Shown here piece by piece: positions 1 through 9,761 of a stretch of DNA of 64,000 nucleotides; within the stretch, counting starts at the first letter, position 1; the number at the start of each line of letters is the position of its first letter. The stretch spans positions 160,001 to 224,000 of the forward strand of contig JBBTCT010000002.1 in assembly GCA_038060895.1 (NCBI GenBank), in the 5' to 3' direction. The notes under the pieces were generated by a model. It worked only from the letters and a program-made list of their open reading frames with translations. It was not told where the DNA came from and searched no databases. The position numbers were made by a program, and so were the translations under genes. The DNA comes from Planctomycetota bacterium (GTDB lineage Bacteria; Planctomycetota; MHYJ01; WSZJ01).

Positions 1-165
1 CTCGAACGCCCACAGCCCCGCGAACGCGGGGCCCTCCAGCGGGGAAACGAGCGTGTAGCGCAGCCAGAACGCCGCGCGCGTCTTTGGATCGTGGATGATG
101 AAGTACCACGACTCGAGCCAGCCGCGGCGCTGTCCGTCCCAGAGCATTCGGTTGTCGGGATTCAC
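1..165 (-). CDS. Partial CDS (5' end), tocopherol-cyclase/AttH-like hypothetical protein
   Basis: Manual translation from GTG at 165: MNPDNRMLWDGQRRGWLESWYFIIHDPKTRAAFWLRYTL..., with the ExWYF and FWxRY motifs typical of this fold; runs off the window edge. Confidence 0.6.
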   Translation of the reverse strand, partial: MNPDNRMLWDGQRRGWLESWYFIIHDPKTRAAFWLRYTLVSPLEGPAFAGLWAFE

Positions 166-278
166 GGGTGCGGGAGTTTATGAGCCTGGCGTGATCTTGG
201 GAAGCGAGGGAGCGCGCTCCTCCGCTTCCCAAGACATCCCGCCGTCGCTACCCTTGTGAGCCCTTTACCGGAGTGACC

Positions 279-1382
279 ATGCCCGATCTTCGCGGCGCCG
301 TGATGGCCGCACTTCAGACCGTGAACGACCCCGAACTCAACCGTGATCTCGTTTCGCTGAACATGGTGAAGGGGGTTGCCGTGGACGGCGGGGCGGTGGC
401 GATCGACATCGAGCTCACGACGCCTGCGTGCCCGCTCAAGGCGCAGATCGAGAGGGAAGTGACCACGGCGGTAGGCGCGGTTTCCGGCGTGAGCTCCGTG
501 AAGGTGAAATTCGGGGCGCAGGTGCGCGTGGCCGCGACGGCGCAGGGCGGAATCCCCGGCGTGAAGCACATCATCGCCGTCGCTTCGGGGAAGGGCGGCG
601 TGGGAAAGTCCACGGTCGCCGCGAACATCGCGATTGCGCTCGCCATGGAAGGCGCGAAGGTCGGCCTGCTCGACCTTGACCTCATGGGTCCCTCGATCCC
701 GCTCATCATGGGGCTGCACGGGCAGTGGCCCGAGGCCGATCCGCAGGGGCGCGCGATACCGATCGAGCGGCTCGGCGTGGGCGTGATCTCATTCGGGTTT
801 TTCCAGCCGGCGCAGGATGCGCTGGTCGTGCGCGGCCCGATCCTCTCGGGATACGTGAAGAAATTCCTGCAGGACGTCGTCTGGGGGGAGCGCGACTACC
901 TGATCGTGGACCTCCCGCCCGGCACCGGTGACATCCAGCTTTCGCTCTGCCAGTCGATCCCGATGAGCGGCGCGGTCGTCGTCACTACGCCGCAGGACGT
1001 CGCTCTTCTCGTCGCGACCAAGGCCATTTCCATGTTCAACCAGCTCAAGGTTTCCATCCTTGGCATGGTCGAGAACATGTCGTCGTTCGAGTGCCCGCAC
1101 TGCCACAAGACCACCGACATTTTCGGCCACGGCGGCGCGCGCGAGGCGGCGACGCGCATGAAAATTCCCTTCCTCGGCGAGATTCCCCTCGACGCCGCGA
1201 TCCGCCACGCGGAAAACGACGGCGTCCCCGTCGTGAAGGCGATTCCCGACGGCGCGCAGGCGAAAGCCTTCCGCGAGACGGCCCGGAACCTCGCGGGCCG
1301 CGTCTCCATGCGCGTCCTCGGCGGAGACGACCTCGACCGCGTCATGACGAAAGCCCGCACGCTCTTCCGCGCCCCCGCTTAG
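279..1382 (+). CDS. mrp: Mrp/NBP35 (ApbC) Fe-S carrier ATPase with N-terminal DUF59 domain
   Basis: DPELNRDLVSL...LTTPACP (DUF59), deviant Walker A SGKGGVGKST, DLPPGTGD, ENMSxFxCPHC; start 273 or 279. Confidence 0.95.
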   Translation: MPDLRGAVMAALQTVNDPELNRDLVSLNMVKGVAVDGGAVAIDIELTTPACPLKAQIEREVTTAVGAVSGVSSVKVKFGAQVRVAATAQGGIPGVKHIIAVASGKGGVGKSTVAANIAIALAMEGAKVGLLDLDLMGPSIPLIMGLHGQWPEADPQGRAIPIERLGVGVISFGFFQPAQDALVVRGPILSGYVKKFLQDVVWGERDYLIVDLPPGTGDIQLSLCQSIPMSGAVVVTTPQDVALLVATKAISMFNQLKVSILGMVENMSSFECPHCHKTTDIFGHGGAREAATRMKIPFLGEIPLDAAIRHAENDGVPVVKAIPDGAQAKAFRETARNLAGRVSMRVLGGDDLDRVMTKARTLFRAPA

Positions 1383-1402
1383 TTCATTCACGGAGACTCA
1401 CC

Positions 1403-2851
1403 TTGGCCACTGACCGCGACGTCCTCCTCGTCGTCGACAAAGCCCAGCGCGGGCCGATTGACGAAGTGCGCCTCGAGTTCGATCCGCTCGCCTACAAGAT
1501 TCCCCCGCACATCACGCTCGTGTACGGCGACGAAGGCTCAAAACTCGGCGCCGCCAGCGTCTCCCGCGCCGCGTCCTCGCTCTTCCGCATGGTCCTCCGC
1601 TTCGATCGCATCCAGGTCGTCGGCGAGCGCAATGTCTGGCTCATGGCGGATGAAGAATCGGCAGCGTACGTCGAGGGAATCCGCAAGCAGCTGCTGGAAG
1701 GGAAGTGCAACCCGCGGATCGTGCTGGGCCGCGGCAAGGACCGCAACGAGGCGGAGAAGATCCGCGAGCACGCGATGAAGAAGCTGCGGCTTCCGTGCGT
1801 GATCGAGTTCAGCGAGGTGCTGCACGAGGAGGTCCTGGTCGACGGGTCGAGCCGTGCGATCGGGAAATTTCCGCTGCGGCAGGATCTCCTCGTTTTCCAG
1901 GCGACGCGCGCGGCAAGGTGGCTGTGGAACGTCTGGCCCTTCGAAGCGGGGAGCCCGCTGGACGTGAGCAAGACGGCGTATCGCCTCCTGACGCACCTCG
2001 TGCCGCTCGAGGAAGAGACGATCAAGGATACGACGTGGGCGGGGGTGCGGACGCCCGATGAGCCGCTGGAACGGTTTGACATGAAGGAAGTGGTTTCGGC
2101 GGGGAGCCGTGCGCTGGCGGTCCTGAGATGGGATTCAAAGGAGAAGAAGCGGTACGTGGAAATCCACGCACACTCGCTTCCCGCCTCGGCGAAAGTGCGG
2201 GATGCCGAGGGAATGGTCGAAGCGACGCGCAGGGAATTCGAGGGGACGCAGTACTCGGCGATCAAACTGTTCCTCTGGGGAGACCGCCGCGCGGACAAGA
2301 CGCCGGGCGACCTGTGGCACTTCGATTCCGTCGAGACGCTCGGGAAGATTCCCGAAGAGGTCGGGTACGACGTGCCGCCTGGGCTGGAGATGAAGCGGGA
2401 ATCGAACGTGGAATTCATGGAGGATTACCGGCAGCTCTACGAGGATCACCGGAAGGCGCACCCGAACGTCGCGGAGTTTGCGGACGCGGAGATGATGCGC
2501 ATGAACCTCTCTTCGGGCGGCGTGCTGACGCTTCGCGACGCGGGCACGGTCCTGGGCGTGGTGGGCTGGCAGCTGGCGCCGCAGCCGCAGTGGGACGTGA
2601 CGTGCCACATGGTGGACGACGTGATCGTGGCGGGGAACCGCCGCTGGCGGGGTTTCGGGAAAGTGCTGCGCGCGGTGGCGGCGAAGGCGATGGACAGGCG
2701 GATCAGCGAGTACCAGGCGGGGAGGATCCGGGCCTACAACATCGCGGCGCTGTCGGGCGCGCTGGAGAATGGAAGGAGCATTGTCGCGACGGAGATCTGG
2801 GTGGATGCGAGCGCGAAGCAGGGGTGGAGGCGGTACTCGCTCGACGCGTAA
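1403..2851 (+). CDS. Fusion of a 2H-phosphoesterase (2'-5' RNA ligase-like) domain and a C-terminal GNAT-like domain
   Basis: GGAG at 1392-1395 then TTG 1403; DPLAYKIPPHITLV (first HxT motif); C-terminal VIVAGNRRWRGFGKVL and NIAAL resemble GNAT motifs A and B. Confidence 0.65.
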   Translation: MATDRDVLLVVDKAQRGPIDEVRLEFDPLAYKIPPHITLVYGDEGSKLGAASVSRAASSLFRMVLRFDRIQVVGERNVWLMADEESAAYVEGIRKQLLEGKCNPRIVLGRGKDRNEAEKIREHAMKKLRLPCVIEFSEVLHEEVLVDGSSRAIGKFPLRQDLLVFQATRAARWLWNVWPFEAGSPLDVSKTAYRLLTHLVPLEEETIKDTTWAGVRTPDEPLERFDMKEVVSAGSRALAVLRWDSKEKKRYVEIHAHSLPASAKVRDAEGMVEATRREFEGTQYSAIKLFLWGDRRADKTPGDLWHFDSVETLGKIPEEVGYDVPPGLEMKRESNVEFMEDYRQLYEDHRKAHPNVAEFADAEMMRMNLSSGGVLTLRDAGTVLGVVGWQLAPQPQWDVTCHMVDDVIVAGNRRWRGFGKVLRAVAAKAMDRRISEYQAGRIRAYNIAALSGALENGRSIVATEIWVDASAKQGWRRYSLDA

Positions 2852-2869
2852 AGACGCACATCAAGTACT

Positions 2870-2889
2870 TAATTTATAATTATAAATTA
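2870..2889. promoter_or_regulatory. Perfect 20-bp pure-AT palindrome between convergent genes
   Basis: TAATTTATAATTATAAATTA is its own reverse complement. Confidence 0.6.
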
Positions 2890-2939
2890 TAAATTTCCTG
2901 TCTGTGGGCTCGTCGCGGTTCGCGCCGGCGACGAAACGG

Positions 2940-5264
2940 TCATTCCGCGTCGAGCGCCTCCAGCAACGCGCGCCGCAGTCCTTCGAAATTCTCGGCGTCC
3001 AGTTTCCCGAAGTCGATGCGGCCCGCGTCGTCTTCCGACGATTTCCGGAATTCGCCCGCGAGGCCGAGGTAAGCAGCGATGCCGGACCGGAGTTCGGCGC
3101 GCGACGCATTTGACTTCGCGATCCACAGCCGCAGCAGTTCCGCGTCCTGCGCGCCGCGACGCAGCATTTTCAGGCGCAGCGTTGCGTAAGGGCCGCGCGG
3201 GAGCCCCGGCTTTGCGGGGAGAAGAAGCGCCGTGTCCACGGGCTTCGACCAGGCGTCCTGCGTGCCGATCGCGAGCCACGGCACGACGCCGTCGCACCCG
3301 TCGAGGAACGCCTGGACGCACCACGCGCGCGCGGACTGGCCGTTCGCGCCGGGAGCAGGAACGCCGCCGTAGGTCCACACGGCCTCGCCGCGGTCGAAGA
3401 CGAGCTGCGGGTGCTCGCGGTAGACGGCCGAGATCACGTCGAGGCCGACGAGCCCGTCGAGGTGCCCGCGCCGCCACTGCGGGCGCGACAGGTCAACGCG
3501 GAATTTCAGCGGCGAGCCGGGGACTTGCGCGAGGGCTTCCCGGGTCAGCCGCCCGAAATACGCGATCGCCAGGAAGTCGTCCCGGTACGCCGGTTCGTCC
3601 AGCAGCCACCACGAGGAATTGCGGTCCGCCTTCCAGTAGCTGCTCTTGTCGTTCAGGTAGAGCTGGAACATCGTCTTCGGCCACGGCAGGCAATGACGCG
3701 CTGCGTCAACGACCGCCGCCCGGAATGCATCCCCGTACTCCTTCGGAAACCCCTCCTCCACCGGCGGCGCTTCACGCCAGTGGTCCTCCAGCTTTCCCTT
3801 CCACTTGTAGCTCCCCAGGATCGGGAGAGGCCAGTTCTCCGAGAACGGCATGTAGAAATGGTCGATCGGCGCGCCTTCGCGGGGAAGCCCCTGGAAGGCG
3901 GTGCCCTCGAAGTACGGCGCCCAGCGGGCGTCCCAGGCCTCCCACGAAGCGACTTTCCCGTCCTTCAATTCCGGCGCAAATCCTTCTTCCATGTTGCCGT
4001 GGTGCGAATACGGCACGACGGCAATCGTCGCGCGGTGCTCGTGCGCCATCCGGTGGAACGCGCGCTCGAGGTCGAGGAAGGGCCGCGAAGCGGGCTTGTC
4101 CCCGAGCGTGGACCCCGGCGAGGAATAGCAGTTGAGCGACACGTGGAATGCGAGCTGGCCGGGGATCACGGCCTTGTGCACGGTGAGCAGAACGGGCACG
4201 TCCTCGCCCGCGATCGAAAGCGTGAGCCCCGTCTCTCCCGGCTTCGCCGACCATGGAACATACCGTTCGACATGGAAAAGGCCCGGCCCGGAGTTGCCGG
4301 GGACCAGGGGGTCCGCTGCATCGCCGACTTCGAAGACTTTCGAAACGGCGAAACCCTCGCCGGCGATCTGGCCCTCGACATCGAGAGCGACCTCGAAGCC
4401 GACGTGCTCGCCGCGTGCCGCGTGCAGCACGATCCGGCGGCCATCCCAGAGCCGCCGGGCGACCGGCGCTGCCGCGGACCATTCGCCCTCATGGAGGATC
4501 CGGAAGCGACCCTCCGGTTGCGCGGGCGCCCTCACGGCGAGGATGCGATTCAGCAGTTCCGGCGACCGATCGGTCACCGGCTGGCCGGGCGCGAACTTGA
4601 ACGGGCGCGCTCCGGAAGCCGGCGGCTCCGCGTCGCTCCACTTCTCGACGAGCACGTACGGCGCGCTCGCGTTCTGCTCCCGGCTGAACACGTCGTTGTT
4701 CGCGCGCGTCTGGCCCTTCTCATCCGATACCGCGAACCCGAACGAGTTTCCTTCCGCCATCGCGTGGAGCACGCGCGTCGGAAGCGGCACCGAGAGCCAG
4801 CCGTCCTTTTCCTCGCGGATCTCCACGGCGTCCCACACCGACCCGCCTGCGCCGAAGGCCGCCCCGAGGAAATCGCTCCCCGGCCCCGCCCAGTCGCGGT
4901 CGTGGCGCGCGGCCTGGAGAAAGCACGACTCACCTTTCGCGGCCGGCGCGTCGGCGCCCGCACCTTCGCTCCAGGCAGTCGCGACCGTCGAAACTCCCAG
5001 GGTCTTCAGCCGCACTTCACTCGAAGCGCGGACCCAGAGCCGCGCCGATTCGACCGTCTTCCCACGGATCGCAGACACATCGACGTCGAAGAGCAGGATG
5101 TGCTCGATCCCTTTCACACGCAGCCTCGACTTCGCGCCGGCGTTGTTCGCGCGCTCGCTTTCCGCGATGCAGATCGACGTGTCGGCAGTGACGGGGAGGC
5201 GAAGCGGGTCTGCGGTTGCCGAGAGAACGCCCAGCGCGGCCAGCGCCACGGCGCGTACGATCAC
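2940..5264 (-). CDS. Secreted protein with N-terminal DNRLRE/CBM96-like domain and GH123/DUF4091-like C-terminal region
   Basis: GTG 5264 overlaps the upstream stop; signal peptide VIVRAVALAALGVLSATA; ADTSI...LLFDV...SARLWV...FSRE N-domain; WLLDEP and TLRLKMLRRGAQDAELL C-terminal motifs. Confidence 0.55.
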   Translation of the reverse strand: MIVRAVALAALGVLSATADPLRLPVTADTSICIAESERANNAGAKSRLRVKGIEHILLFDVDVSAIRGKTVESARLWVRASSEVRLKTLGVSTVATAWSEGAGADAPAAKGESCFLQAARHDRDWAGPGSDFLGAAFGAGGSVWDAVEIREEKDGWLSVPLPTRVLHAMAEGNSFGFAVSDEKGQTRANNDVFSREQNASAPYVLVEKWSDAEPPASGARPFKFAPGQPVTDRSPELLNRILAVRAPAQPEGRFRILHEGEWSAAAPVARRLWDGRRIVLHAARGEHVGFEVALDVEGQIAGEGFAVSKVFEVGDAADPLVPGNSGPGLFHVERYVPWSAKPGETGLTLSIAGEDVPVLLTVHKAVIPGQLAFHVSLNCYSSPGSTLGDKPASRPFLDLERAFHRMAHEHRATIAVVPYSHHGNMEEGFAPELKDGKVASWEAWDARWAPYFEGTAFQGLPREGAPIDHFYMPFSENWPLPILGSYKWKGKLEDHWREAPPVEEGFPKEYGDAFRAAVVDAARHCLPWPKTMFQLYLNDKSSYWKADRNSSWWLLDEPAYRDDFLAIAYFGRLTREALAQVPGSPLKFRVDLSRPQWRRGHLDGLVGLDVISAVYREHPQLVFDRGEAVWTYGGVPAPGANGQSARAWCVQAFLDGCDGVVPWLAIGTQDAWSKPVDTALLLPAKPGLPRGPYATLRLKMLRRGAQDAELLRLWIAKSNASRAELRSGIAAYLGLAGEFRKSSEDDAGRIDFGKLDAENFEGLRRALLEALDAE

Positions 5265-7504
5265 TTTTCGAACACCAGCAGTTTCGTCCCCGCGGCCACG
5301 GCAATCCGCTTCCCGTCCGCGCTGACGGAGACGCCGGCGGCGCTTTCCGTGGTGACGGTGCCGCGCCATTTTCCGTCCCAGATTCTCACGCCCGCGCGGT
5401 CGGCGACGGCGAGCGCGCCGGCCGGGGTGAAGTCTGCGGCGTCGGGGGACATGGACTCGACGTGGTCGGCGCCTTCGTAGACCTCGAAGGCGGCGCCGTT
5501 GCGCAGGGACCAGCGCTCGCCGCGCGGAGCAAATTCGGGAGCGCCGGCGGCGCCGCGGAGAATGGAGGCCTTGAGACCCTGCTCGAGGTCGTAGAAGCGC
5601 ACGCCGTCGGACCAGGCAAGAGCCATGCGGGTGCCGTCAGGGGAGAAGGCGAAGGGCGCGCCGCTTTCGCCGGGGAGGGCAGCCTCGGTGGTTTTGAGGG
5701 CGGAAATGCCGTCCTCATTGAAGAGCCGGAATTCTCCGTTCCCGGTGAGTGCGGCGACCATCGCGCCGCCCGGGTGAAACTGCAGGGCGGCGAGAGGCCC
5801 GCGGAGATCCGTGGACAGCGTCTTCCTCTGGCTGGTCACGTCCCAGAGCGCGAGGGCGCCGTTGTCGAACGCGACGGTGCGGCCGTCCGGCGAGAGCGCG
5901 ATGTCGGTGGCACGCGCGGCGCTCATCCGGAAGGGTTCGCGGTCGCGGGCGAGGTTGAAGACGACCGCCTCGCCATCATCAAGCACAGCGATCGAGTCGT
6001 TGGCGAGGTCGAAGGCGTCGCAGGCGGGGAAGTCGATCACCTGGCGGCCGGCGTTTGCGTCGATGACGTTGAGTCCGTGCCCCGCGCGCACGACCAGCCA
6101 GCGGCCGCGGGCTTTCACGGGGCGGCCGGCGCCCTTCATCAGTTCCTTTCCGCCGGCGTCGCGCAGCGTCCAGCTGGCCGCGCCCCATGCGGCCACGGAT
6201 TCGCCTGCGCACAGCACGCCGAGCACCGGCGCGGCCTTCGGTTCGCCGCAGGAGACGTCGGATGCGCTCGCAATCGTATGCGCGACCGGGCGCCCTTCGC
6301 TGACGAACAGCACGGTGTCGTCCTCGAACGACGCGCAGATGCCGGGGAGGCCGGTGGAAGGATCGGGAGCGTCGCCGTCGGCGCCGGACATCGCGCCGTC
6401 CTCGGCGCGGATCGCGGTCCCGCGGCCGGAGGCGTCGCGAACGACGATGATGCCTTTACCGGTGATCGCGTCGGCCGCGCCGCCGATGTCCTCGGGCTGG
6501 CCGTCGCCGCTCGCTAGCTTCCACAACGATCCGCCGCGCGGGCCGCCGCCGACTGCCACGCGGTTGTCGTCGCTCGCGACGAGCCAGGTGGTCCCTTCCA
6601 CGCCCGGCCAGCGCTTCTCGACCCGCCCCGACTGCGCGCTCGCCAGCGCGAGCTCGCGCCCGCGCGCGACGAGCAGCTTGCCGTCGCGCCGCCAGGCGAC
6701 CGCATCGGCGCCGCCGGAGACGCGGCAGACCTCGCGCTCGTCGTCGAGTGCCCAGACGAGCACTTCGTCGCCGTCCATGAGCGCCACCCGCCGCGCGCGC
6801 GCGTCGGCCCGCGCCCCCGCATACGGGTCCGCCGCCGGGTCGGCGTCGCGCCGCTCCCAGCGCTTCTTCCTCGTCCGCACCTCCCCCGCGATCTCGTACT
6901 CGTTGAGCTGGAGCCCGCTGGCGATCTCGCCGTCGCGCTCTTCCCGGTCGCGCCGCACGAGTACGAGGCGGTCGCCCTCAGGCGAAAACAAAACATCGGA
7001 AGCGCCGGTCGCGGGGAGGGGGTCGTCAAGGATGCGGGAGCCGTTTTCGACCCGCCAGACGGTCAGGACACGGTCCTCCGTCACGACGGCGAGGAACGCG
7101 CCGGTGGGCGACCACCCGATCGACCGGACGGGGCTGGGGCGCGCTTCGATCTTGATCCGCTCCTTGCGCGTCGAAGGATCCCAGATGCGCACCGCGCCGG
7201 AAGAGTCCCCCGTCGCGACGAGCCGCGCGCCCGGGCATCCGGCGCCCGCGGTCACTTCCGATCCGTGCTCCGCGAATTCGCCCTTCGCGTCCCCGCTCTT
7301 GAGATCGAAAAGGGACACCGCGCGCCCCGTTCCCCACGAAAACCCGATCCCGCCCCTGGCGATCCCGACGCCGAGCGGAGCACCCATAAAGGGTTCCTGG
7401 CTGGAAACCTCCCGGAATCCGGGATCCTGGGCGGAGGTGTCGAGTGCGGCGAAGAGCAGGCAGGCGGCGAAGACAATGTGTCTCACGGTGACCTTCCGGC
7501 GCAT
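5261..7504 (-). CDS. Secreted WD40-repeat (beta-propeller) protein
   Basis: Signal peptide; repeated FSPDG/WSPTG, VRIWD and LALWD WD40 signatures; start approximate. Confidence 0.85.
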   Translation of the reverse strand: MRRKVTVRHIVFAACLLFAALDTSAQDPGFREVSSQEPFMGAPLGVGIARGGIGFSWGTGRAVSLFDLKSGDAKGEFAEHGSEVTAGAGCPGARLVATGDSSGAVRIWDPSTRKERIKIEARPSPVRSIGWSPTGAFLAVVTEDRVLTVWRVENGSRILDDPLPATGASDVLFSPEGDRLVLVRRDREERDGEIASGLQLNEYEIAGEVRTRKKRWERRDADPAADPYAGARADARARRVALMDGDEVLVWALDDEREVCRVSGGADAVAWRRDGKLLVARGRELALASAQSGRVEKRWPGVEGTTWLVASDDNRVAVGGGPRGGSLWKLASGDGQPEDIGGAADAITGKGIIVVRDASGRGTAIRAEDGAMSGADGDAPDPSTGLPGICASFEDDTVLFVSEGRPVAHTIASASDVSCGEPKAAPVLGVLCAGESVAAWGAASWTLRDAGGKELMKGAGRPVKARGRWLVVRAGHGLNVIDANAGRQVIDFPACDAFDLANDSIAVLDDGEAVVFNLARDREPFRMSAARATDIALSPDGRTVAFDNGALALWDVTSQRKTLSTDLRGPLAALQFHPGGAMVAALTGNGEFRLFNEDGISALKTTEAALPGESGAPFAFSPDGTRMALAWSDGVRFYDLEQGLKASILRGAAGAPEFAPRGERWSLRNGAAFEVYEGADHVESMSPDAADFTPAGALAVADRAGVRIWDGKWRGTVTTESAAGVSVSADGKRIAVAAGTKLLVFEK

Positions 7505-7536
7505 GAAGCGCCGCACGCCCCCTGTGGCAACCCGAA

Positions 7537-7902
7537 CTACTTCGTCTCGACCCACAACTCGTCGAATTCTACACCAATCCCGAAGTCGTCCGCCTTGCCG
7601 AAACGCACGGGGCGGCAGACCGCGTTGATGCCCGAGTAAGTCTTGCCGGACATCTTGACTTCGATCAGGAAGGGCTTCGCCGGGAACGAGTTTTTCCCGA
7701 GCTTGAACTCGCCGAGGAAGGCGCCCTTGAGGGAGACGTTTTTCACCTGCGCGGTGCCCTCGTCGATCATCTTCTTCTTGTCGACGCCGAGGATGCGGAC
7801 CTTGGCCTCGATGGAGACCTCGTTCCGCTTGTAGCGGCGGACGTCCTGCAGCTCTTTTTCGAAGAGCGTCTTGAATGTTTCGACGTTCACTTCCTTCGTC
7901 AT
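7537..7902 (-). CDS. Stand-alone PilZ-domain protein (putative c-di-GMP receptor)
   Basis: RRYKR (RxxxR) and NVSLKG ((D/N)xSxxG) motifs, GVEF end; GAGGGAG RBS before ATG 7902. Confidence 0.8.
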   Translation of the reverse strand: MTKEVNVETFKTLFEKELQDVRRYKRNEVSIEAKVRILGVDKKKMIDEGTAQVKNVSLKGAFLGEFKLGKNSFPAKPFLIEVKMSGKTYSGINAVCRPVRFGKADDFGIGVEFDELWVETK

Positions 7903-8090
7903 TTTCTCGGCTCCCTCGTAGGACGGCGGAGTGCGTTGTACGGAAAGTCCGCAGTTCGATCCAGCATATCTTGGAAGAGGCTGGCGGGTTGCGGAGGCTG
8001 GTGGGATGGTACGCACTCGAAGTTCCCGAAGTAGTCGCACTTCAATCCCCGGACGCCCCCCAGAAAATGGTCGTTAGCCTTCGCCAGCCT

Positions 8091-8120
8091 GCCCTGAGCG
8101 AGCGAAGCGAATCGAAGGGC
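8091..8120. repeat. REP-like palindromic element
   Basis: GCCCTGAGCGAGCGAAGCGAATCGAAGGGC with complementary GCCCT/AGGGC ends, directly after a stop codon. Confidence 0.55.
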
Positions 8121-8124
8121 CTCC

Positions 8125-9432
8125 TCACGCATGCGCCAACGCCCGCTCAAGATCCGACAGGATGTCGTTCACGCTCTCCAGCCCCAAAGACAGTCGCAGC
8201 CCTTCTCCTTCCAGCCCACACGTCCCCTGGTCCGCTTCCGACAAAGTCGCATGCGTCATCTGCGTCGGGCTCTCGATGAGCGTGCGCGTCTGGCCGAGTG
8301 AGACGGCGAGCGTGACGGCGTAGGCGTTGCGCGCGATGTAGTTGAGGATGTGGTTCGCGTCGCCCTTGACGGTGAAGTAGAGCATCGAGCCCGGCGCGAA
8401 CGCGCCTGAGTAGTCGGTCATCTGCTGGCGCGCGAGCTCGTACTGAGGGAAAGATGGCAGGCCGGGGTAGGCGACGCGACTCACGCGCGGGTGGCGCTCG
8501 AGGAAGTCGGCGACGCGGCGCGCGGATTCCTGCTGCTGGCGCATGCGCATGTGCAACGTCGGCAGGCCGTAGACGAAGATCGGCCACGCGGATTTGGGCG
8601 AGAGGACGCCGCCGAAATCTTTGCGGTAGAGGAGGATGTGGGAAGAGAACTCCTGGCGGGTGATGACAGCGCCGCCCATGTCGGTCCCGAAGCCGCCGAG
8701 GTTTTTCGTGAGTGAGTGCACCACCATGTCCGCGCCCAGCGTCAGCGGCCGCTGGCAGTACGGTGTCGCGAACGTGTTGTCGATCACGATCTGCGGGCGC
8801 GGATGGCCCTTTCGCGCCGACTTTTCGCACGCCGAGCGCACGGCGCCGATGTCGATGAGCTCCATCGTCGGGTTCGCGGGCGATTCGAAGTAGACCACGC
8901 GCGTCTTCGGCGAGAGCGCCTTCGCCAGCGCACCGGGCTTCGTCAGGTCAGCCGCCGTGACCTTGATGCCGAGGCGGGGGTACCAATTCTTGAAGAGCGA
9001 GTACGAGCAGCCGTAGAGCGTGCGATGACAGACGATCTCGTCGCCCACCTGCAGAAGCACTCCCAGCCCGCCCGATACCGCCGCCATCCCCGTCGCGAAC
9101 GTCGCGCAGAAGTCGCCGCGTTCTGCTTCCGCAAGCGACTCCTCCAGCATGCCGCGCACGGGTTCGTCGAGCCGGTCGTAGATGTAGATCGGTGACTGCT
9201 TCGACGGTTCCAGCCCCTCATGCGCGAAGCTGTGGAATCCCAGCGCCCCGCGCTCCGCGCTTCCCAGCCGGTACGCCGCGCTGCTCGAGATCGGCGGTAC
9301 CAGGTGGTGCGTGTAGTCCCACTTCTTCGTGTGCGCCCGCCCGTGGACGAGGAACGTCTCCATCCCGTACGCCGGGCGGTGCGGCGGCGCGGGGTTCGCC
9401 GGCTTCTTCGACTTCTTCCCCTTTCCCGTCAC
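8125..9432 (-). CDS. Cys/Met metabolism PLP-dependent lyase (methionine gamma-lyase/cystathionine gamma-synthase family)
   Basis: YxRxxxP, FATGMAA, ESPANP, DNTFATP, HSLTK (PLP lysine), AVSLG, LRLSLGLE; GTG start overlaps the upstream stop. Confidence 0.92.
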   Translation of the reverse strand: MTGKGKKSKKPANPAPPHRPAYGMETFLVHGRAHTKKWDYTHHLVPPISSSAAYRLGSAERGALGFHSFAHEGLEPSKQSPIYIYDRLDEPVRGMLEESLAEAERGDFCATFATGMAAVSGGLGVLLQVGDEIVCHRTLYGCSYSLFKNWYPRLGIKVTAADLTKPGALAKALSPKTRVVYFESPANPTMELIDIGAVRSACEKSARKGHPRPQIVIDNTFATPYCQRPLTLGADMVVHSLTKNLGGFGTDMGGAVITRQEFSSHILLYRKDFGGVLSPKSAWPIFVYGLPTLHMRMRQQQESARRVADFLERHPRVSRVAYPGLPSFPQYELARQQMTDYSGAFAPGSMLYFTVKGDANHILNYIARNAYAVTLAVSLGQTRTLIESPTQMTHATLSEADQGTCGLEGEGLRLSLGLESVNDILSDLERALAHA

Positions 9433-9761
9433 TTGGCCGCCGGCTCGATCTTCACCAGCGTCCCGCACTCCGGCATCCCGCCCTCGCAATACTCGATGCA
9501 GAGCTTTTCTTCCTCAGCGGGCTGCGTCCATTCCTTCTTCGTGCACTCGCACTTGTACGTCGCGATCTGGCCCGCCTTCGAAGGGTCCACGACCTTCCGC
9601 GTCACCTTGGGCTTCTCCTTCTCCGGCTTCCGCTCGCCGTCCTTCTGCGGTTTCGGCATCGAACCGCTTCCCTCGCCCGCCTTTGACGGCGTGCCTTCCG
9701 GCTTCTTCTCCTCACACCCCGCGAACAACGCCACCGCCAGCACCAGCGCGAGCTTTTTCAT
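9429..9761 (-). CDS. Small lipoprotein with Cys-rich C-terminus
   Basis: Lipobox LFAGC; C-terminal YKCEC...LCIEYC...ECG; AGGAG RBS. Confidence 0.75.
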   Translation of the reverse strand: MKKLALVLAVALFAGCEEKKPEGTPSKAGEGSGSMPKPQKDGERKPEKEKPKVTRKVVDPSKAGQIATYKCECTKKEWTQPAEEEKLCIEYCEGGMPECGTLVKIEPAAK

